The position numbers were made by a program, and so were the translations under genes. Under the pieces are notes generated by a model that worked only from the letters and a program-made list of their open reading frames with translations, ran no database searches and was not told the origin of the DNA. From the NCBI GenBank assembly GCA_020184695.1, contig JAANOX010000224.1, positions 124,001 to 188,000 of the forward strand: a stretch of DNA of 64,000 nt. The letters run 5' to 3'. Positions 58,051 to 64,000 of the stretch are shown in pieces (position 1 is the first letter of the stretch; each line of letters begins with the position of its first letter). Source of the stretch: Histomonas meleagridis 2922-C6/04-290x (Eukaryota; Protista; Parabasalia).

Positions 58051-58413
58051 ATGAGCGTTCCAACTGGTGACGAAAAGAAAGAAGTCGCACAAACACAAGC
58101 TACCCAACGCATCCGTCTCACAATCACATCTTCCAAACTTCCAAATCTCCAGAAGGTTTGCAACAATTTAATTCAAAAACTTAAGGCTGAACATCTTAAG
58201 GTTCGTGGTCCAATTCCGATGCCACGCCGTCGCCTTAGGATTACAACACGCAGAGCACCATGTGGTAATGGTACTGAAACATACGATCATCTTGAACTTC
58301 GTATTTACAAACGCGTTATCGATTTTGTTGGAACACCAGCAGCTGTTAAACAAGTTACACAAATTGGTCTCGAACCAGAAGTTCACGTAGAAGTTTCAGT
58401 AATCACAGAGTAA
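58051..58413 (+). CDS. RPS20: 40S ribosomal protein S20 (uS10)
   Basis: RIRLTITS, VRGPIPMP...ITTRRAPCGNGTETYD..ELRIYKRVID, EPEVHVEV. Confidence 0.97.
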   Translation: MSVPTGDEKKEVAQTQATQRIRLTITSSKLPNLQKVCNNLIQKLKAEHLKVRGPIPMPRRRLRITTRRAPCGNGTETYDHLELRIYKRVIDFVGTPAAVKQVTQIGLEPEVHVEVSVITE

Positions 58414-58717
58414 ATGAACTCAAAAATACATTTTTTTAATACTTTGTTTTTCTTTGGCTTTTTCGCAAGAAAATGAAATTTCCTGTAATAACTTTAATAG
58501 AAATATTTTAATAGAAACATTTGATTAATCAAATAAGTTTAAGCAATACTATAATCAATTTATTTTGACTTAAAAAACAAAACAAGATACAATGCTAGTC
58601 ATTGTGTTATAACAAAAGCAAATCGAATTTGGATGAAAAAAAATGAAAAAATGATTTAAATTTAAATTATTTCAGCAGTATATAAATATTACAAAAGTTA
58701 TTTGGTTATTAGTTTAT

Positions 58718-59149
58718 TTAGAATTGGAGAGGCTTGAATAGCCATGACATCTTTCCGTTGAGATATTTTTGACGAAGAACTTTAGAAGCAGCTTGAAGTT
58801 CAGCCTTCTTTTGTTCAGTGTCTTCCATAGACTTGATGACTTGGTCTGGTTTTATCTTGTTCCAGAAATCTTCATCTTTCATCATATGACGTGTAAGAAG
58901 AAGATGGTTGAAGTTAACAATCTTGACAAAAACTTTGACTTGTGTGCGCTTAACAAGGGTCTTTTGTGGCATGTATTTTGTTAACTTCTTTGGTGATTTA
59001 TCAATACCCAAAACAACAGCATGTGGATACTTGCGTGCTTCAGTTGGTTCTGGGTAAGCTTGCAAAACAATGGCTTTCTTTCCAGCATGGCGGCCATTAA
59101 GAAGGATAACAAATCGTCCGGGCTGAAGGAGTGTCTTCTGAGCAGACAT
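58718..59149 (-). CDS. RPL27: 60S ribosomal protein L27 (eL27)
   Basis: LQPGRFVILLNGRHAGKKA, YPHAVVLGI, VKIVNFNHLLLTR, WLFKPLQF. ATG at 59149. Confidence 0.96.
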   Translation of the reverse strand: MSAQKTLLQPGRFVILLNGRHAGKKAIVLQAYPEPTEARKYPHAVVLGIDKSPKKLTKYMPQKTLVKRTQVKVFVKIVNFNHLLLTRHMMKDEDFWNKIKPDQVIKSMEDTEQKKAELQAASKVLRQKYLNGKMSWLFKPLQF

Positions 59150-59153
59150 CAAA

Positions 59154-59158
59154 AAAGG
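59154..59158 (-). promoter_or_regulatory. M5 (CCTTT) motif before RPL27
   Basis: CCTTT 4 nt before the ATG; TCACTT lies further upstream at 59180-59175. Confidence 0.55.
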
Positions 59159-59526
59159 GCCAAACCGCACTTAAAAGTGACACTCTATCGTATTCAACAA
59201 GAGATTTATCATCACAAAACATATTAATGCATTTGTAAAAAAATGCTAATTTATGCAACAAACACTTTTAGGAGAGCTTTGGTATGATATGATTTAAAAC
59301 AAAATTAGATTTATGCCAAATCAATTCAAGGTAAATGCTTGAAAGATGCTATAAAAATTAAACACAATATAATGCCACTTGTTTATTAAACATATTTTAA
59401 GCATATGTGAACCAATGATTAGACTATGTTGAGTATAGTAATTAAACATTTTTTTGAAAGAATTTCAGAACTTTATGCATATTTTGAAAGAACGATAGAA
59501 CATTATTTATAAATGATTTTTTACTT

Positions 59527-60459
59527 CTAAATATCTTTTGGTCTCACATTTGCAATAATAGCTGTTTGATCCTCACTGATAGAAACCAGTTTTGTTGACG
59601 CGTTGTTAAATGAAACTGATAATATTCTAGATCTTTGCGGCTTTAATTCGTCAGAAATAGTTTTTGTTCTCATATCCATTAATCTAATTGTTCTGTCTGA
59701 AGAAGCAATTGCTAATGTATATCCATCTTGAGTGAATTCCATACTCTCTATAAGTTTACCTCCAATCTTTGATTGACTCACAAGTTCCTTCGGCTCTTTG
59801 AAATCAAAAAATTGAACGTAACCGCCGACGGTTCCGACGGGTATTTGCTTATGAGAATGATGTGTCGCGAAGCAGTTGATCGAAAGCTTAAGCTTGCCTG
59901 GGTTTTGTGGTGTGCTTCCATATAAATGGTATTCTTCTTGCCTGGTTTCAACATCAATTTGTGCTAATGTGTGTCTTGCAAGACAAATAATTTTGGATTC
60001 ATCTTCCCCAAAGAATTTGACAGAACGGAAAAAGGCATCACTAACTCTCCCGGAAAATGTTTCTGATCCATTGTCAATATAAAGACTACCATGATCACCA
60101 ATGACTGCTACGATGGAACCATCACCTTTTATTGCACAATGTGGGCTAAAAGCATCCGGGCAATTAATTTCTCGAATTCGTTTGAAATCTTTTGCATCAG
60201 TTAAAACACATGTTCCATCAAGTGATGATGAAACAATTTTTTGGCCATCATTTGAGACACCAATATCGGTAATTGCAAGGCAATGAGCAGGCAATGTTCT
60301 TGATTTATAAAATTGATCATTTTGTGATGAAAGTTCCAATAAATCCCCAGAAAAAGACCCAATGTAAATATGGTCATTTACCCACTTTCCAAGTAGTGCA
60401 ACTTGGTCAAGTATATCTACGTATGTATACTTGTTTTTATCGATTTCATAGAATTCCAT
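59527..60459 (-). CDS. WD40 protein, WDR61/Ski8-like
   Basis: AHCLAITDI..S..G..IVSSSLDG, IESMEFTQDG..LAIASSD, ILSVSF....LVSISED follow the WDR61 blade pattern. Confidence 0.65.
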   Translation of the reverse strand: MEFYEIDKNKYTYVDILDQVALLGKWVNDHIYIGSFSGDLLELSSQNDQFYKSRTLPAHCLAITDIGVSNDGQKIVSSSLDGTCVLTDAKDFKRIREINCPDAFSPHCAIKGDGSIVAVIGDHGSLYIDNGSETFSGRVSDAFFRSVKFFGEDESKIICLARHTLAQIDVETRQEEYHLYGSTPQNPGKLKLSINCFATHHSHKQIPVGTVGGYVQFFDFKEPKELVSQSKIGGKLIESMEFTQDGYTLAIASSDRTIRLMDMRTKTISDELKPQRSRILSVSFNNASTKLVSISEDQTAIIANVRPKDI

Positions 60460-60516
60460 TTGGAAAGTGTTGGCGGTTTCTCATGTCCGACTATTTCATA
60501 TCACATGTCATGTTAG

Positions 60517-60849
60517 TTGCGTAAATTTTTTAAAAGTTCATCTTTTCTGAAAATTACTCAAACAATGTGTAAAGAAGTTGATCATGTTGAAAATCCAAAT
60601 GAAAATGATAAAGAACCTCAAAATGATCAACCAGAAGATCGTATGCCGCCACCAGCAAAAAAGAGAAAACAAAGATTGTCAAATAAGGAAAATATAAATC
60701 AAAACGAAATTTCAGGAACTCCAATACCTTTTGCCGCATCGTCTATAGATACAGAAACACACTCTCATAAAGATTCTTCATCAGCTGAAAAATCATTTGA
60801 TTCTGATTTAAGTCAGCAATCATATTATTCTGATGAACAAGAACCATAA
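60517..60849 (+). CDS. Small hypothetical protein with an NLS-like motif
   Basis: PPPAKKRKQR and an acidic/Ser tail; the true start may be the later ATG (MCKE). Confidence 0.5.
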   Translation: MRKFFKSSSFLKITQTMCKEVDHVENPNENDKEPQNDQPEDRMPPPAKKRKQRLSNKENINQNEISGTPIPFAASSIDTETHSHKDSSSAEKSFDSDLSQQSYYSDEQEP

Positions 60850-61865
60850 ATTTAGTTTGATATACATAAATACGAAATAAAATATTTTTTTTAACTTTTT
60901 TTCAAAAATCAATATTTGATATTTGTAGTTTAAATAATAAAAATTAAAAGTCTTTCCTATTGGTTGTTTTGGCTCTGTTGTTTATGTTTATCTTATATCG
61001 TCAGGTAAACAAAATAATTTTTTTCCCAATTAACGTTGCATGGGTTAATAAACGTTCTCACATAAGGTGATTTTTCACTTTTTGATAGTAGAAAAGTTGA
61101 TCAACTTTATTTGAATTAATGACAGTTTTGATATAAATTATTGAAATAAATATAGGATTTGAATTTCTTGTAAAACTTTTTGAGTATGATTACGGGCCCT
61201 CTAAATTTTCGAGGTCACCGTTCGAGGATACGATATTGATGTGTCCAAAAAAAAAAATAAATTCTAAAACGAGATTGATAATCATATACTATTTAGTGTT
61301 CATATTATAGAAATGAATTCATTTTAGGCGTAACGATGAAATTTGATAAAATTATATAAATTGGATATTAACAAATCAACATTCAAAACTTATATAATAA
61401 TAACACATTCAAAAAAAACATACATTATTCAGATTCTTTTAGATCTCCAAAATTTCAAGATATCAACAACTCACAAACATTGACATTTCATCATTTTTTA
61501 CTGAAAATCAAATATAATTATCCGATAAAATTTTTTTTTGATTGGCAGTTCTCATAAAACTCGAAGTTATATGTAAACATTAATTTCACAATATGTAAAT
61601 TATCCTTATTATCATACTCAATAATTTGTTTTTGAAAAATAACCCGCCCCTCGTTAAATGGCAAATTGCCTCAATTAGATAATGTAAACTTGTGAAAAAT
61701 ATTAACAAAAAGGTTTTTAGCTAACTGTATTGTTTCAAAAACTTCTATTTCAAATTTTGTTTTAAAATCGACTAAGTTTGTCCGAAGTTAAAACGGTTGT
61801 TCGAATTTTTGAATGAAAAGTGACGGTATAAAAATCTGCACGAAAAACACGTTTTTTATCATTAA

Positions 61866-64000
61866 ATGAAAAGTGAACAAGAAGAAACATCTGCATTTGA
61901 ATCACAAAGGTCTTTTTCCTTGTCTATGGCCAGTGTTTCAACAATACAAGAAGAGGTGTCAACTTATATCGATTCTTTTTTTCTACTTTTCGATGAAATC
62001 AATAGATCTTTTCCAAGAAACTCATTTTTTGCCATAATTACAAATACGTTTTTTATGATTCAAACATTTGCTACATTCTCATGGTTTTTTCATCCAGCTA
62101 TTTGGCAAATTGAAGGAAATCTAGTTCTTCAATTTTTTCGCTACATATATTCAGTTGCTGATTTTGGTCTTTCTTTTGATTCTATTATTCCACCTATTAT
62201 TGTTTCCGTTATTTCTTTTTTAGCAATTCTTTTTATTTTAATAATCCAATATTATTATAAACGAACTAAAACATATCCTAAATGGATGTTAGGCTTAGCA
62301 GCACTTATATCCACCTTTATATGTCCCTTATTAGTTATTCCTACTTCTCATTCATGTGGTTATTACATCAAGCAAATTCTTATTTCATTTAATGGAACAT
62401 ATTTATTTGTCATAATTATCACCTTTATCTTCTTTTTGACGAATATTTTCATGGTTTATCTCAATCAAATAATTAGTACCATGACACCATTTTTACCAAA
62501 TAGTCTTTTATCATCATGGGATGGCGAAACCATTTATTACATCACTGTTGCAGCTTCTATTTGTTCTATATTTTCGTTTATTTTTGATATTTTACCCAAA
62601 TATACATTTTATATCTCTGGTGCATTAGTTATTATTTTATGTCTTTATTTAATCTATAAAATGTTTCAGTTTCCATGTTTCCAAGTTTTTTCTAACGCAG
62701 CCTTTTTAGCATTAGAATTATCCATATTATTTACAAACATATTTACATTTATTGAAATTAATCAAACGATTAAAATCTTTATACCAATTATAGTTATCAT
62801 GATTTCATTACCAATATGTTATATAATTATGTCAAAATCACAACAATCTATTCGTAATAAAGATTATCCAATCGAGACAGAAACACAAGCAATTCGATCA
62901 TTACGAGTCCAAATATATTATGATCCTCAAAAGTTTATAACATTAGATTTAATACGTGATATCTCAACGAAACATAAATCAACAAAAATATTAGTACAAT
63001 TAGCACGAATATTAGCAATGTTACCATTAGGAAGTCAATTATTAAATCGATTTATATCGATAATTAGTTATCGAACTGATTTAACATCATCTGAACGCTT
63101 TTGTTTTTTTCAAATCAAACGAATTCATTTATTACGACAATCATCAGTTTCACGACAATTAAACAATGATTTTAATGAAGTTAAAAAAGTCACAAGTCGA
63201 ACCATTAAAATTGCACAACAATTTTGGATTGATTTAGTTGATAAAAAGATTACACATAATTATGGATATTTCTTATCATTTTATCAAGAAATCCAAAAAG
63301 TAAATACGATTTGTTTAGAAGCTATTGATAAATATCCAAATAGTCCACGATTTGTTGATGAATATGCACATTTTCTCATCGAATGTAAAACAGATTTTGA
63401 ACTTGGAACTGAATATCATTATATAGCAGATCAAATCGAAAAAGGAAAACATAATAATATTGATTATGCTTATCGATCATTTGTTAATCGATATCCGATT
63501 TATTTAAAGGAGAAAATCCTTGATCATCGAGGTAAGAAAGTCATTGAACAAAAGAAAGAAAATGGCACAAGTAATTCATCTAATAATAACTCAAGTACTT
63601 TAATAAGTATTGATGATAATGAATTTGAAGAAGAAGCATCGAAAGTTATGGACCATAGTAAGTTACGTTTAGCATTACAAAAGGCATTAAATGGTTTAAA
63701 GAATCATCGATTAGAAAACTTTAAGATTACATTTGTATTAGAAATAATATTATGTATTATCATATTAATTACTTTTAGTTTATTCTTTAATGATTATTTT
63801 AATACATTAAAAATGCAATTTACTGCCGTAAAACAATTTTCAAATATTCGAGATACAATTTCACTTGAATGGTATTCATTTTCACGATTTTTAGAATCAA
63901 TTTCAAATTTATATATTACAAATGATATTAAAAATCAAATTTTAGGGTTTGATATAACAAAAGAAAATTTGGATTTAAATTATTTCGGTGTACCTAAAGA
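61866..64000 (+). CDS. 5' part of a trichomonad transmembrane adenylyl/guanylyl cyclase-like (TmcB-like) gene, runs off the window
   Basis: Open frame from ATG 61866 (MKSEQEE) to the window end, absent from the ORF track. Multiple TM helices, then YPNSPRFVDEYAHFLIEC and YRSFVNRYPIYLKEKILD, typical of this family. Catalytic domain not visible. Confidence 0.7.
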   Translation, partial: MKSEQEETSAFESQRSFSLSMASVSTIQEEVSTYIDSFFLLFDEINRSFPRNSFFAIITNTFFMIQTFATFSWFFHPAIWQIEGNLVLQFFRYIYSVADFGLSFDSIIPPIIVSVISFLAILFILIIQYYYKRTKTYPKWMLGLAALISTFICPLLVIPTSHSCGYYIKQILISFNGTYLFVIIITFIFFLTNIFMVYLNQIISTMTPFLPNSLLSSWDGETIYYITVAASICSIFSFIFDILPKYTFYISGALVIILCLYLIYKMFQFPCFQVFSNAAFLALELSILFTNIFTFIEINQTIKIFIPIIVIMISLPICYIIMSKSQQSIRNKDYPIETETQAIRSLRVQIYYDPQKFITLDLIRDISTKHKSTKILVQLARILAMLPLGSQLLNRFISIISYRTDLTSSERFCFFQIKRIHLLRQSSVSRQLNNDFNEVKKVTSRTIKIAQQFWIDLVDKKITHNYGYFLSFYQEIQKVNTICLEAIDKYPNSPRFVDEYAHFLIECKTDFELGTEYHYIADQIEKGKHNNIDYAYRSFVNRYPIYLKEKILDHRGKKVIEQKKENGTSNSSNNNSSTLISIDDNEFEEEASKVMDHSKLRLALQKALNGLKNHRLENFKITFVLEIILCIIILITFSLFFNDYFNTLKMQFTAVKQFSNIRDTISLEWYSFSRFLESISNLYITNDIKNQILGFDITKENLDLNYFGVPK

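Overview
AT-rich eukaryotic DNA from a parabasalid (trichomonad), most likely Tritrichomonas-like. The basis is a hydrogenosomal [2Fe-2S] ferredoxin, DUF3447-type ankyrin genes, a BspA-like gene, Inr (TCAYTW) and M5 (CCTTT) promoter motifs, and essentially intronless genes. Housekeeping genes: two Rabs, divergent Hsp70, COG2, OST4-like, SPG15-like, Raptor-like, TBC-like, multi-GAF, class I HDAC, PARP6/8-like, TBL1-like, tRNA-Ala(AGC), EFM7-like, FNTA, actin-related protein, RPS20, RPL27, a WD40 protein and the 5' part of a membrane cyclase-like gene. There are also two MITE-like elements and a 36-bp minisatellite. The standout signal is four separate ankyrin loci (about 5.0-5.8, 13.0-15.3, 39.4-39.9 and 55.0-57.9 kb). 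In each, intact 28-30-codon ankyrin repeats are separated, always between the N-A-K-D-like motif and T-A-L, by an AT-rich spacer that breaks the reading frame or carries in-frame stops. Of 21 spacers, 14 are exactly 80 nt. The spacers are built from 20-nt subunits and mostly lack GT-AG ends or a branch point. This suggests an unrecognised non-canonical intron or ribosomal bypass system. The pattern is seen in the sequence; the mechanism is inference. All gene names come from my own motif recognition, not from database searches.
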